From Candidatus Latescibacterota bacterium (GTDB lineage: Bacteria > Latescibacterota > UBA2968 > UBA8231): a DNA stretch of 64,000 nt. The notes below the pieces were generated by a model. It saw only the letters and a program-made list of their open reading frames with translations. It did no database searches and was not told where the DNA came from. Every line of letters begins with the position of its first letter. The first letter of the stretch is position 1. Below are positions 26,898 through 36,447 of this stretch, one piece after another. The position numbers were made by a program, and so were the translations under genes. The stretch is taken from positions 1,568,001 through 1,632,000 of the forward strand of contig OZ220089.1 of NCBI GenBank assembly GCA_964291625.2. Reading direction: 5' to 3'.

Positions 26898-28298
26898 TCA
26901 TCCCGCGCGCCGGACGCGCCGCGCGTAGTGGTCGGGCAGGTGCTCCTTGACCTGCTCCTCCAGCTCCTCGTCGGTGATGGCGCTCAGGCGGCCGTGGACC
27001 TCGTACTGGTCCATCACCCAGCGCGCCACCTTGTGGACCTTGATCTTCGACAACCGGGCGTCGCCCTCGAGGCCGAGGAAGTCGTTGACCCACAGGGCGA
27101 CACCGTCGACGCCGGACTTGTCGGTGATCGCCACCCGCGGCGGCCGGCCGAAGAGAGCGGTGGTGTCGAAGATGTTGTAGATGCGCTCGTCGGCGCGCAG
27201 GCCGCCGGCGTGGATGCCCGCCCTCGTGGTGTTGAAGTCGCGGCCCACGAAGGGGTAGTTCGACGCGATCTCGACGCCGAGGGAGCGCATGTAGTCGGCG
27301 ATCTCCTGGATCATCCGAGTGTCGATGCCGCAGAGGTCGCCGCGCAGGGCGATGTACTCGATGAGGGCTCCCTCCAGCGGCGGGTTGCCGGTGCGCTCGC
27401 CGAAGCCGAGGAGGGTGGTGTTGACGGCGTTGCAGCCGTAGAGCCAGGCCGTGGCGCCGTTGACGTGCACCTTGTGGAAGTCGTTGTGGCCGTGCCACTC
27501 CAGGCACTCGGGCGGCATCCCCACGTCGTGGGTCATGCGGTAGATGATCTTGGGGATCGACCGCGGCAGGGCCACCCCCGGCGAGGGGACCCCGAAGCCC
27601 ATGGTGTCGCACAGGCGGATCTTCACGTGCAGGTCGGGCGGCACCTGCTCGGAGCGGCGCTTCAGCTCCGACACGTAGGGCAGCACGAAGCCGTCGAAGT
27701 CGGCCCGCGTCAGGTCCTCGAGATGCACCCGCGGACGGATGCCCGCCTCCCAGGCCGCCTCGATGACCTCGATGTAGTCGTCGAACGCTTTGCGCCGGTC
27801 CTTCTTGAGCTTGTAGAAGATGTGGTAGTCCGACGATGGCGTGAGCAGCCCCGTCTCCTTGACCTCCGCCTCCTTCACCAGCCGGAAGTCGCCCTTGTCG
27901 GCGCGGATCCAGGAGGTGATCTCCGGGTAGCGGTGGCCGAGGGCGCGGCAGTCGTCCAGGGCCTTGCGGTCGTTGGCCGTGTAGAGGAAGAACTCGGTCT
28001 GCCGGATCACCCCGTTGGGCCCGCCGAGGCGGGCCAGCATGTCGAAGATGGCGACCTGCTGCTCCACCGTGTACGGGGCGCGCGCCTGCTGCCCGTCGCG
28101 GAGGGTGGTGTCGGTGATCACCAGGTCCCGGGCCAGCATATCGGCCGGATCGAAGGTCACCACCTGCCCGTCGATCTCCTCGTGGATCGGAGCGTCGAAC
28201 TCGATCTTCGGCGGCAGGGCGTAGTCGAACATCTCGTCGAGCAGGTTCGGCTCCTCCACCTCCCGCAACTCGAGCCGGCCTGTCGTGGCCACCGTCAT
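26898..28298 (-). CDS. DRE-TIM metallolyase, Re-citrate synthase-like
   Basis: ITDTTLRDGQQARAPYTVEQ, IRQTEFFLY, WHGHNDF, GERTGN, FNTTRAGIHA; no LeuA regulatory domain. Confidence 0.8.
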   Translation of the reverse strand: MTVATTGRLELREVEEPNLLDEMFDYALPPKIEFDAPIHEEIDGQVVTFDPADMLARDLVITDTTLRDGQQARAPYTVEQQVAIFDMLARLGGPNGVIRQTEFFLYTANDRKALDDCRALGHRYPEITSWIRADKGDFRLVKEAEVKETGLLTPSSDYHIFYKLKKDRRKAFDDYIEVIEAAWEAGIRPRVHLEDLTRADFDGFVLPYVSELKRRSEQVPPDLHVKIRLCDTMGFGVPSPGVALPRSIPKIIYRMTHDVGMPPECLEWHGHNDFHKVHVNGATAWLYGCNAVNTTLLGFGERTGNPPLEGALIEYIALRGDLCGIDTRMIQEIADYMRSLGVEIASNYPFVGRDFNTTRAGIHAGGLRADERIYNIFDTTALFGRPPRVAITDKSGVDGVALWVNDFLGLEGDARLSKIKVHKVARWVMDQYEVHGRLSAITDEELEEQVKEHLPDHYARRVRRAG

Positions 28299-28315
28299 CT
28301 CTCCGTCTCCTTTTG

Positions 28316-28558
28316 CTAATCCAGATGCTTGCCGATGAAGTCGATGGCGCCGCCCACGGTCTGCACGGCGAGGGCGTCGTCCTCGTCCATCTCGATCTCG
28401 AACTCCTCCTCGAACCCGGCCATGAGCTCCACCGACTGCACCGACTCGGCGCCGAGGTCGGCGGTGAAGGAGTGGGATTCCTCGATGCGGCCCTCGTCGA
28501 TCTTGAGCACGCTGGCGATCACTCCGTAGACCCTCTGCTTGACGTCGTCCCTGTCCAT
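28316..28558 (-). CDS. Acyl carrier protein (variant ESV motif)
   Basis: 80 aa and acidic; DLGAESVQSVELMAGFEEEFEIEM..TVG. Confidence 0.9.
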   Translation of the reverse strand: MDRDDVKQRVYGVIASVLKIDEGRIEESHSFTADLGAESVQSVELMAGFEEEFEIEMDEDDALAVQTVGGAIDFIGKHLD

Positions 28559-28563
28559 GTTCC

Positions 28564-29316
28564 CTACCTCGATGCGAGCTTGGACGCCGCGCCGGCGTCG
28601 ATGATGAAGGTGCAGTCCGGGTGGTCCTGCAGCAGGCTGGCCGGGCAGTCCTCGGTGAAGGGGCCCTCCACCGCCGCGGCCACGGCGTCGGCCTTCTTGT
28701 CGCCCGTGGCCAGCAGCACGATGGCCCGGGCCTCGCGGATGGTGCCGATGCCGGCCGACAGGGCGCAGCGCGGCACCTCGGCCGGGTCGGAGAAGAACCG
28801 GCCGTCGCTGTTGGCGTCGATCGTCTCTTGCGTGAGGCTCACCAGGCGGGTGCGCGAATCGACGGGGCTGCCCGGCTCGTTGAAGGCGATGTGGCCGTTG
28901 CCGCCGATGCCGAGGAGCCACAGGTCGACGCCGCCGGCCGACAGGATCCTGTCCTCGAAGGAGCGGCACTCCAGCTCCGGGAACCGCGCCCGGCCGTTGA
29001 GGACGTGGGTGTTCCACGGCAGGATGTCGACGTGCCGGAAGAGGCGGTCGTCCATGAAGTGGCGGTAGCTCTGGTCGTGGTCGCCGCCGAGGCCCCAGTA
29101 CTCGTCGAGGTTGAAGCTGGTGACGCCGGCGAAGCGGAGGCCCTCGTCGCGGTGCATGCGGGCCAGCTCGGCGTAGGTCGCCTCCGGGGTGGACCCGGTG
29201 GCCAGGCCGAGAACGGTCTCGGAGCGGGAACGGATGACGCCGGCCAGGGCGGCCGCCGCCCGGCGCGCCACGCCTTCCGCGTGGTCGCAGATTTCGAGCT
29301 TGATGTTGCCGGACAT
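28564..29316 (-). CDS. nagB: Glucosamine-6-phosphate deaminase
   Basis: LGLATGSTP, FNLDEY, LGIGGNGHIAFNEPG, PASLLQ.H. Confidence 0.95.
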   Translation of the reverse strand: MSGNIKLEICDHAEGVARRAAAALAGVIRSRSETVLGLATGSTPEATYAELARMHRDEGLRFAGVTSFNLDEYWGLGGDHDQSYRHFMDDRLFRHVDILPWNTHVLNGRARFPELECRSFEDRILSAGGVDLWLLGIGGNGHIAFNEPGSPVDSRTRLVSLTQETIDANSDGRFFSDPAEVPRCALSAGIGTIREARAIVLLATGDKKADAVAAAVEGPFTEDCPASLLQDHPDCTFIIDAGAASKLASR

Positions 29317-29429
29317 TGGGGAGCAGGGGGGATTGGGGTTGGGGAGGAGATCGCCGTTTTCGGGGCACGAATGTACGACAGGTCCGAATTCTGGTAAAAC
29401 CGCCGGCGGGGGCCCGCCCGGGCGCCACC

Positions 29430-29457
29430 TTGACACTCCTCGGGGGGCGGCTAGCTT
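29430..29457 (+). promoter_or_regulatory. Putative sigma70 promoter of the DUF4954 gene
   Basis: TTGACA-16bp-TAGCTT, ending 14 nt before ATG 29472. Confidence 0.5.
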
Positions 29458-29471
29458 TGGCGCGCTCCGCC

Positions 29472-31415
29472 ATGACCACTCACCTCCCCCTGACCGCCGA
29501 GGCGGTCTCCGCCCTGGAGACCCGCGGCTGCACCTGCCACGACTGGAGCCGCGTCCGCGTCTCCGCCGGCTTCGATCCCGCCCGCGTGCGCAACGTCCAC
29601 TTCGCCGGTGACGTCCGCCTGGGCAACCTGAGCGGCTCGGCGGAAGTCGAGGAGGGGGTGCCGCTGCCCGCCGCTCTGTCCGATGCCACCATCGTCGACT
29701 GCGAGATCGGCGACGACGTGCTCGTCTCCGGGGTCGGCTGCCTGGCCCGCTACCGCGTGGAGGACGGCGCCGTGGTCACCGGCGTGGGCTCCGCCATCAC
29801 GCGCCCGGGGGCCCGCTTCGGCAACGGCGTGGAGGCCAGCCCCGTCAACGAGGGCGGCGGCCGCGAGGTCACCCTCTACGCGGAGATGTCGAGCCAGTAC
29901 GCCTACCTGATGGCCATGCACCGGCACGGCGAGGGCCTGGTGGAGGGCCTGCGGCGGATCGCCGAGGGCTACGCCGAGGGGGCCGCCTGCGACCGCGGGC
30001 GGATCGGCGCCGGGGCCCGGGTGGACCAGGTGGGCCGCATGATCGACGTGAACGTGGGACCCGCCGCGCGGGTGCTCGGCGCCGAGCGGCTGGGCAACGG
30101 CACGATCCTGTCGGAGCCGGAGGCGCCGGCCCGGGTCGGCGCCGGCGTCTGCGCCGAGGACTTCATCATCGCCGAGGGCGCCGAGGTCGAGGGCGGGGTG
30201 GTGCTGCACACCGCCTTCGTCGGCCAGGGGGTGCAGCTCGGCAAGCAGTTCTCGGCCGAGAACTCCCTGTTCTTCGCCAACTGCGAGGGCTTCCACGGCG
30301 AGGCCTGCTCGATCTTCGCCGGCCCCTACACCGTGACCCACCACAAGTCGACCCTGCTCATCGCCGGCGTCTATTCCTTCTACAACGCCGGCTCGGGGAC
30401 CAACCAGTCCAACCACATGTACAAGCTCGGCCCGGTGCACCAGGGCGTGATCCAGCGCGGCACCAAGAACGGCTCCTTCTCGTACATGCGCTGGCCCACC
30501 GTGGTCGGCCCGTTCTGCGTCATCATCGGCAAGCACCTGAACAACTTCGACATCGGCGACCTGCCCTTCTCCTACGTCACCGAGGAGGACGGCGAGTCCC
30601 TTTGCACGCCGGCGATGAACATGTTCACCGTGGGCACCGTGCGCGACGGCGACAAGTGGCCCACGCGGGACCGCCGCGAGGGCACGACGAAGCGCGACCA
30701 GATCCGCTTCGAGGTCTACAGCCCCTACACGGTGGGCAAGATGCTGCGCGGCGAGGCCCTGCTGAAGGAGCTGTACGAGGGCACCAGCCGGGAGGTGGAG
30801 CTGGTGCGCCACAAGGGCGTGGTGATCAAGCGCCTGCTGCTGCGCCGCAGCGCCCGCAACTACGCCGACGGCATCGACGCCTACCTGCGCGGCCGGGTCC
30901 TCGAGCGCGCCTCGGAGGCGCGCCGGGCGGGGGATGCGGAGGCCCTGCGGCGGGTCCTGGCCTCCGGTGACGGCGTCCACAGCGCCGACTGGACCGACGT
31001 GGGGGGACTGCTCATGCCCCGCGAGCGTCTGCGCCGCATCGAGGCCGCCGTCGCCGGCGGCGAGCTGGACTCCCCCGCGGCCCTGGACGCGGCCTTCGCC
31101 GAGGCCGCCGCCGCGTACGAGGCCGACGAGTGGGAGTGGGTGCGCGCCGTCTGGCGCGACCGCACCGGCACCTCGGCGGAGGATCTCACGCCGGCCTGCC
31201 TCGACGAGATCGAGGCCGACCACCGCAAGGCCGCCGCCTCCTTCGTGCGCCGGATCCTCGCCGACGCCGAGAAGGAGTTCGACCCCATCGCGCGCTTCGG
31301 CTACGGCCTCGACGGCGGCGAGAGCGAGCGCGAGCGCGACTTCGCGGCCGTGCGCGGCGGCTTCGACGACAACTCCTTCGTGCGCCAGATGCGGGACCAG
31401 CTCGACGCCGGCTGA
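29472..31415 (+). CDS. DUF4954 family protein (left-handed beta-helix-like repeats)
   Basis: C.DWSRVRV, NEGGGREV, HGEACSIFAGPYTVTHHKSTLLIAG, NAGSGTNQSNHMYKLGPVHQG, KWP.RDRR. Confidence 0.85.
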   Translation: MTTHLPLTAEAVSALETRGCTCHDWSRVRVSAGFDPARVRNVHFAGDVRLGNLSGSAEVEEGVPLPAALSDATIVDCEIGDDVLVSGVGCLARYRVEDGAVVTGVGSAITRPGARFGNGVEASPVNEGGGREVTLYAEMSSQYAYLMAMHRHGEGLVEGLRRIAEGYAEGAACDRGRIGAGARVDQVGRMIDVNVGPAARVLGAERLGNGTILSEPEAPARVGAGVCAEDFIIAEGAEVEGGVVLHTAFVGQGVQLGKQFSAENSLFFANCEGFHGEACSIFAGPYTVTHHKSTLLIAGVYSFYNAGSGTNQSNHMYKLGPVHQGVIQRGTKNGSFSYMRWPTVVGPFCVIIGKHLNNFDIGDLPFSYVTEEDGESLCTPAMNMFTVGTVRDGDKWPTRDRREGTTKRDQIRFEVYSPYTVGKMLRGEALLKELYEGTSREVELVRHKGVVIKRLLLRRSARNYADGIDAYLRGRVLERASEARRAGDAEALRRVLASGDGVHSADWTDVGGLLMPRERLRRIEAAVAGGELDSPAALDAAFAEAAAAYEADEWEWVRAVWRDRTGTSAEDLTPACLDEIEADHRKAAASFVRRILADAEKEFDPIARFGYGLDGGESERERDFAAVRGGFDDNSFVRQMRDQLDAG

Positions 31416-31443
31416 CCGCCGCCCCATCCCCCCGGGGCCGGAC

Positions 31444-32511
31444 TCAGCCGGCGCGCAGGGACTTGGGCCGGTAGTGCCCGGGATCGATGTCGAGTTGCTC
31501 CAGGCGCGTGTAGAGGTACTTTCGCGACAAGCCGATGGCGTCGGCCACGTGGGTGATGACGCCGTTGTGCCGCCGCAGGGCGTGGCTCAGGAAGCGGCGG
31601 TCGAACCACTCCCGCGCCTCTCGGTAGCTCACCTCCCCCAGGTCCTCCAGGGCCTCCGCCGCCCGCCCCTGGCGCCAGGCGGAGACCTCCACGGGCACGT
31701 CCGCCGCCGTCAGCCGCGCCCCCCGGGACAGGACCACCATGCGCTCGAGGGTGTTCTCCAGCTCGCGGATGTTGCCGGGCCACGGGTAGTCGACCAGCAG
31801 TTTCACGGCCTCGTCGTCGATCTCCCGCGGGAACCGCGGCGGCGTTCCGGGGCGTTGCCGCCGCAGGAAGAACTCCACCAGGAGGGGCACGTCCTCGCGC
31901 CGGTCCCGCAGGGGCGGCAGCTCGACGGGGATCACGTGGAGCCGGTAGAACAGGTCTTCGCGGAACCGCCCCCGGCGCACCTCGGCGGCCAGGTTCACGT
32001 TGGTGGCGGCCACCACGCGGACGTCGGCGACCATGGTGTGGTCGCCGCCGACGCGCTCGTAGCGGCGCTCCTGCAGCACCCGCAGCAGCCGCAGCTGCAC
32101 GCGCGAGTCGGCGGCGCCCACCTCGTCGAGGAACATCGTGCCGCCGCGGGCCTGCTCCAGGCGGCCGGGGCGCTGCCGGACGGCCCCCGTGAACGCGCCT
32201 TTCTCGTGGCCGAACAGCTCCGACTCGAGGACGCCCTCGGGCAGGGCAGCGCAGTTGACCTCCACGAAGGGCCCGCCCGAGCGCGGGCTGCGGTCGTGCA
32301 GGACTCGCGCCAGCACCCCCTTGCCGGTGCCGCTCTCCCCCTGGAGGAGGACCGTCGCCTCGGCGTCGGCGACGCGCAGCACCTGCACCAGGACGCTGCG
32401 CATGCCGGCGCTCTCCGACGCCAGCAGCGGATCGCCGGGCCGGCGGTGCACCGGGACGGGGTTGGCGTGGACCTTGAGCGTGGGTTCCCGGGGAGTGGGT
32501 GGGGGTTGCAT
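31444..32511 (-). CDS. Sigma54-dependent Fis-family activator without sensor domain
   Basis: GESGTGK, ESELFGHEKGAFTGA, FLDEVG, WPGNIREL, C-terminal HTH. Confidence 0.9.
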   Translation of the reverse strand: MQPPPTPREPTLKVHANPVPVHRRPGDPLLASESAGMRSVLVQVLRVADAEATVLLQGESGTGKGVLARVLHDRSPRSGGPFVEVNCAALPEGVLESELFGHEKGAFTGAVRQRPGRLEQARGGTMFLDEVGAADSRVQLRLLRVLQERRYERVGGDHTMVADVRVVAATNVNLAAEVRRGRFREDLFYRLHVIPVELPPLRDRREDVPLLVEFFLRRQRPGTPPRFPREIDDEAVKLLVDYPWPGNIRELENTLERMVVLSRGARLTAADVPVEVSAWRQGRAAEALEDLGEVSYREAREWFDRRFLSHALRRHNGVITHVADAIGLSRKYLYTRLEQLDIDPGHYRPKSLRAG

Positions 32512-32764
32512 GGGCGGGCTCTCCGTCGCCGTTTTGCCTTGCGTGGTCGTGAGGTGGTCGTGAAGCGGGAGCGCATCCGTAGCGAGTTCCGTGCCCCCGC
32601 ACCGGCACGGCGGTCTCTCGGGGGGGCCTGCCGCCGATCCGGTACCGGGGCGATGGATACCGGTACCGGCCGTCACCCGGCAGCCGGCGACGGTGCGGTT
32701 CCCGGGGAGGGGCGGACTGGAACGTTTGCTTGAATCCCCCTGTGGCAGGGGCATACTTCAACGC

Positions 32765-33745
32765 ATGCCTGCCCTCGAGACCCGCGCCAGGCCTTCCTGC
32801 GGGCACCTCCTGATCGGCGCCGAATCGGGTCTGCGAGAGGTCGTCGAAGCCGCCGACCGCGTCCTCGGACTCGATGTGGACGTGCTCGTCGTCGGCGAGA
32901 GCGGCACCGGCAAGGAGCTCGTGGCCCGCCTGCTTCACGAGGCCGACCCGGAGCGCAAGACAGGTCCTTTCGTCGCCGTCAACTGCGCGGCCCTGCCGGA
33001 GTACCTCCTCGAGTCCCATCTCTTCGGCTACTGCCGCGGCGCCTTCACCGGCGCCGATGCCGACCGCCCCGGCCTGTTCCAGCAGGCGCGGGCAGGCACC
33101 TTGTTCCTCGACGAGGTGGGGGAGCTGCCGGCGGCTTCGCAGCCGAAGCTGCTGCGCGCCCTCGAGGAGCGGCGCGTCCGTCCCGTTGGCGGCGCCGAAG
33201 AGGTCCCGGTGGACGTGCGCGTCGTCTCCGCCACCAACCGCGAGCTGTCGCCGGCGATGGAGGAGGGCCGCTTCCGCGCCGACCTCTACTACCGCCTCGC
33301 CGACTACGTGATCTCCGTGCCTCCCCTGCGGGAGCGGAGGTCCGACATCCCCGACCTCGCCCGGCACTTCCTCGGCCACTTCCGGGAGCGCTTCGGGCGC
33401 CAGCACGTCCACGGTCTGAGCGAGGGCGCCGTCTCGTGGTTGAAGAGCCGCGACTGGCGGGCCAACAACGTGCGCGAGCTCAACGTCGTCATCAAGCGCG
33501 TCGTCCTCGAGTGCGACGACCCGGTGATCACCCCCGAGCACCTGTGGGCGGCGTGCTCCCGCGACGACGTCCGCGGCGACCCCGCCCCCACCGAGGAGGT
33601 CGACGAGGGCCGGCGCCTGCGTCAGGCCCTGGAGCACTGCGGCGGCAACGTCGCCGCCACGGCGCGGCTCCTGGGGATGAAGCGCTCCACCCTCTACGAC
33701 CGGCTGCGCCGCTGCGGCCTGCGCACCCCGCCGAGACCCGGATGA
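32765..33745 (+). CDS. Sigma54-dependent Fis-family activator without sensor domain
   Basis: GESGTGKE, ESHLFGYCRGAFTGA, FLDEVG, NVREL, GNVAATARLLGMKRSTLY HTH. Confidence 0.9.
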   Translation: MPALETRARPSCGHLLIGAESGLREVVEAADRVLGLDVDVLVVGESGTGKELVARLLHEADPERKTGPFVAVNCAALPEYLLESHLFGYCRGAFTGADADRPGLFQQARAGTLFLDEVGELPAASQPKLLRALEERRVRPVGGAEEVPVDVRVVSATNRELSPAMEEGRFRADLYYRLADYVISVPPLRERRSDIPDLARHFLGHFRERFGRQHVHGLSEGAVSWLKSRDWRANNVRELNVVIKRVVLECDDPVITPEHLWAACSRDDVRGDPAPTEEVDEGRRLRQALEHCGGNVAATARLLGMKRSTLYDRLRRCGLRTPPRPG

Positions 33746-34674
33746 CCGCCCTGCCCGCCCCCTGGCGCCATGCCCTCGACCGCCGGCGCCGGCTCTTCGA
33801 CCTGTCGGAGTCCGGTCTCTGCGCGCGGATCCTCGACGACGAGGACCCGTCACTGCGCTGCGACCGCTACGGTCCGGTCTGCTGGTTCTCCTGGTACGGC
33901 GGCGCCTCCCCCGGGGCGGAGGACTTCGAGCGCCTCGCCGCCTTCACCGGGGCCGCCGGCGCCGTCCACTGGCACCTGCGCCACATGCCCGACCGGGGGC
34001 GGGACCCCGGGCTGCGGCGGACCTGGTCCTCCCCCGGGGCGCCGGAGACGTGGATCGCCGCCGAGGGCGGCCTGCGCTTCGAGTTGCGCACCGCCGGCGG
34101 CCAGTCGGCCGGCCTCTACCTGGACCAGCGCCGCAACCGCGGCTGGGTGCGCGATCACGCCCGCGGCGGCCTCGTGCTCAACCTGTTCGCCTACACCGGG
34201 GGCTTCGGGATCGCCGCCCTGGCCGGCGGCGCCGCCCGGGTCGTGCAGAACGACGTGAGCCGCGCCAACCTCGACTGGGCCCGGGAGAACGCCGCCCTCA
34301 ACGGAGTGGACCCGGCCGCCGTCGAGTACGCCGCCGTCGACGCCCGCCTGCTGGTGGAGGGCTGCCGCCGCCGGGGCCGCCGGTTCGACGCCGTCATCTG
34401 CGATCCCCCCGCCTTCGCCCGGTCCCGAGGCCGCGACGCCGGCCTCTGGAGCGTCGAGCGCGACCTCCCGGCGGTGGTGCGCGAGTGCGTGGGGCTGCTG
34501 TCCCCGGAGGGGTGGATGCTGGTCTCGTCGGGGTGCGAGAGCTGGAAGGAGGGCGCCTTCGAGGGCGCCGTGCGCCGGGGGCTCGCGGCAGGCGGCCGGA
34601 TGGAGCCGGCGCCCGGGCCGGGCGAGGACTGCGGCGGCGGGAGTCTGCGGTCGGTGGTGGTGCGCCCGGGCTAG
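33742..34674 (+). CDS. Class I SAM-dependent methyltransferase, RlmI/RlmK-like
   Basis: GLYLDQRRNR, VLNLFAYTGGF, FDAVICDPPAF. Confidence 0.9.
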   Translation: MTALPAPWRHALDRRRRLFDLSESGLCARILDDEDPSLRCDRYGPVCWFSWYGGASPGAEDFERLAAFTGAAGAVHWHLRHMPDRGRDPGLRRTWSSPGAPETWIAAEGGLRFELRTAGGQSAGLYLDQRRNRGWVRDHARGGLVLNLFAYTGGFGIAALAGGAARVVQNDVSRANLDWARENAALNGVDPAAVEYAAVDARLLVEGCRRRGRRFDAVICDPPAFARSRGRDAGLWSVERDLPAVVRECVGLLSPEGWMLVSSGCESWKEGAFEGAVRRGLAAGGRMEPAPGPGEDCGGGSLRSVVVRPG

Positions 34675-35441
34675 CGGGGCAGCGGCGGCAGGTCCCAGAT
34701 GGCGCGGGCGGCGCCCCCGAAGATCGACTCGCGGTCGGAGTCGCCCAGGTCGGCGAAGTAGTCGAGGGGCACCCGCAGCGAGTTGTGGTAGCCCTCGCGT
34801 CCGCTGACGGGCGGAAAGTCGGAGCCCCACATGAGCCGCTCGGGCCCGAAGGCCTCCAGGGCCAGGCGCGCCACCGGCGGGATGGGGTCCCAGGGCATCG
34901 GCCCCGTGCAGAACTCGCCGAAGCCCGGCAGCTTCATCGACAGGTTCGGGCGGTGGGCGATCTCGTCCAGGCCCTTGCGGTACTCCGCGTCGGTGTCGGC
35001 GCGCCCCACGCTGGCCAGGTGCTCGATGCAGATCGACAGCTCCGGGAAGGTCTCCAGGACCTCCCGGAACGCCGGCGACAGCATCTGCTCCGGGGTGGAG
35101 ACGGCGCTGACCACCAGCCCCAGCTCGTCGGCCGTGCGCCAGTGGGCCAGGGGATCGGCGGCCCGGGCGCGCGACTCGACGCCGAGGCGGATGCCCGTCA
35201 GGCCGGCCTCCGCCCAGCGCCGCATGGCGGTGCCGTCGTCGTCCGGGTCGACGATCATGGCCGCGGCGAAGCGCCCCGGGTAGCGCCGCAGGCAGTCGAC
35301 GAGGTAGCCGTTGTCGCTGTTGCCGCCGTACTGGATGAGCACCGCCTGGCTCACCCCCGAGGTCTCCATGTGGTAGAGGAGGGACTCGACGGGCTCGTAC
35401 TTGAGCAGGCCGGCGTGGCAGTGGGTGTCTACGATCCGCAT
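34671..35441 (-). CDS. Amidohydrolase family 2 protein
   Basis: VDTHCH, IEHLA, RLMWGSDFPP. Confidence 0.9.
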   Translation of the reverse strand: MRIVDTHCHAGLLKYEPVESLLYHMETSGVSQAVLIQYGGNSDNGYLVDCLRRYPGRFAAAMIVDPDDDGTAMRRWAEAGLTGIRLGVESRARAADPLAHWRTADELGLVVSAVSTPEQMLSPAFREVLETFPELSICIEHLASVGRADTDAEYRKGLDEIAHRPNLSMKLPGFGEFCTGPMPWDPIPPVARLALEAFGPERLMWGSDFPPVSGREGYHNSLRVPLDYFADLGDSDRESIFGGAARAIWDLPPLPR

Positions 35442-36217
35442 CAGGCGATGGCCACCGGCGGGGCGCCGCTGATCTCGTCGGCGAGGCGGTGGTAGTTGAG
35501 GGCGCCCGTGGAGCGCGGCTCGTAGAGGATGATCGGCCGCCCGAAGCTCGGGGCCGCCGCCAGGCTGACGTTCCTCCGGATCTCGGTGGTGTAGACCTTC
35601 TCGTCGAAGTACGACTTGACCTCGGCGGCGACTCTCCGCGACAGCTGCAGGCGCTCGTCGAACATGGTCAGCAGGACCCCCTCGATCTCCAGGGACGGGT
35701 TGAGGTAGCGCTGCACGAGCTGGATCGAGTTGAGCAGCTTGCTGAGCCCTTCGAGGGCGTAGTACTCGCACTGCACGGGGATCAGGCAGGAGTTGGCCGC
35801 GGTCATGGCGTTGAGGGTCAGCAGGCCGAGGGAGGGAGGACAGTCGACGATGACGAACTCGTAGTCCTCCCGGGTCGACTCGAGGGCCTCGGAGAGGCGT
35901 CTCTCGCGCCCGAGGATGGAGGCCATCTCGACCTCGGCGCCGGCCAGCGAGATGTGGGAGGGCACCAGGTCGAAGTCGGGGATGGCGGTGTGAATGATCA
36001 CCGCTTCGAGGGGGGCGTGTCCGAGCAGGACCTCGTAGACCGAGCCCTCGATGCCGAGGGGGCCGGCATCGCAGCCGCTGGAGGCGTTGGCCTGCGGGTC
36101 CATGTCGATCAGGAGGGTGGGATGGCCGCCCTCGGCCAGGCAGGCCGAGAGGTTGACCGCCGTCGTCGTCTTTCCCACCCCGCCCTTCTGATTGGCGACG
36201 GCGATGATTCGGCCCAT
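35441..36217 (-). CDS. parA: ParA/Soj family ATPase
   Basis: ANQKGGVGKTT, DMDPQAN, DCPPSLG, QCEYYALEG; no adjacent parB. Confidence 0.92.
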   Translation of the reverse strand: MGRIIAVANQKGGVGKTTTAVNLSACLAEGGHPTLLIDMDPQANASSGCDAGPLGIEGSVYEVLLGHAPLEAVIIHTAIPDFDLVPSHISLAGAEVEMASILGRERRLSEALESTREDYEFVIVDCPPSLGLLTLNAMTAANSCLIPVQCEYYALEGLSKLLNSIQLVQRYLNPSLEIEGVLLTMFDERLQLSRRVAAEVKSYFDEKVYTTEIRRNVSLAAAPSFGRPIILYEPRSTGALNYHRLADEISGAPPVAIA

Positions 36218-36447
36218 GAGTCTCGCAGCCTGTGAGCACGCAGGAATAGCGCGGTTCCGGGAACGAACCGCGCCGGGACACGCCCGGGAAAACGGTTTTT
36301 GAAGAGCGCTGCAGCCGTGTGTCGGGCAAGGTATGCCGCCCCCGCGGGGGGCGTCAACCTGCCCATCCGAACCCTTCGTGGCGCCCGCGCCCGGCGCGCG
36401 TACATTTGCCGCTCCGGCAGGTGATTCCACCCCCACCAGGGACCCCC

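Noticed and set aside
35441-36217. parA as a sign of a plasmid or replication origin
   Set aside because: Chromosomal Soj-type sequence among housekeeping genes; no parB, parS, rep or dnaA seen.
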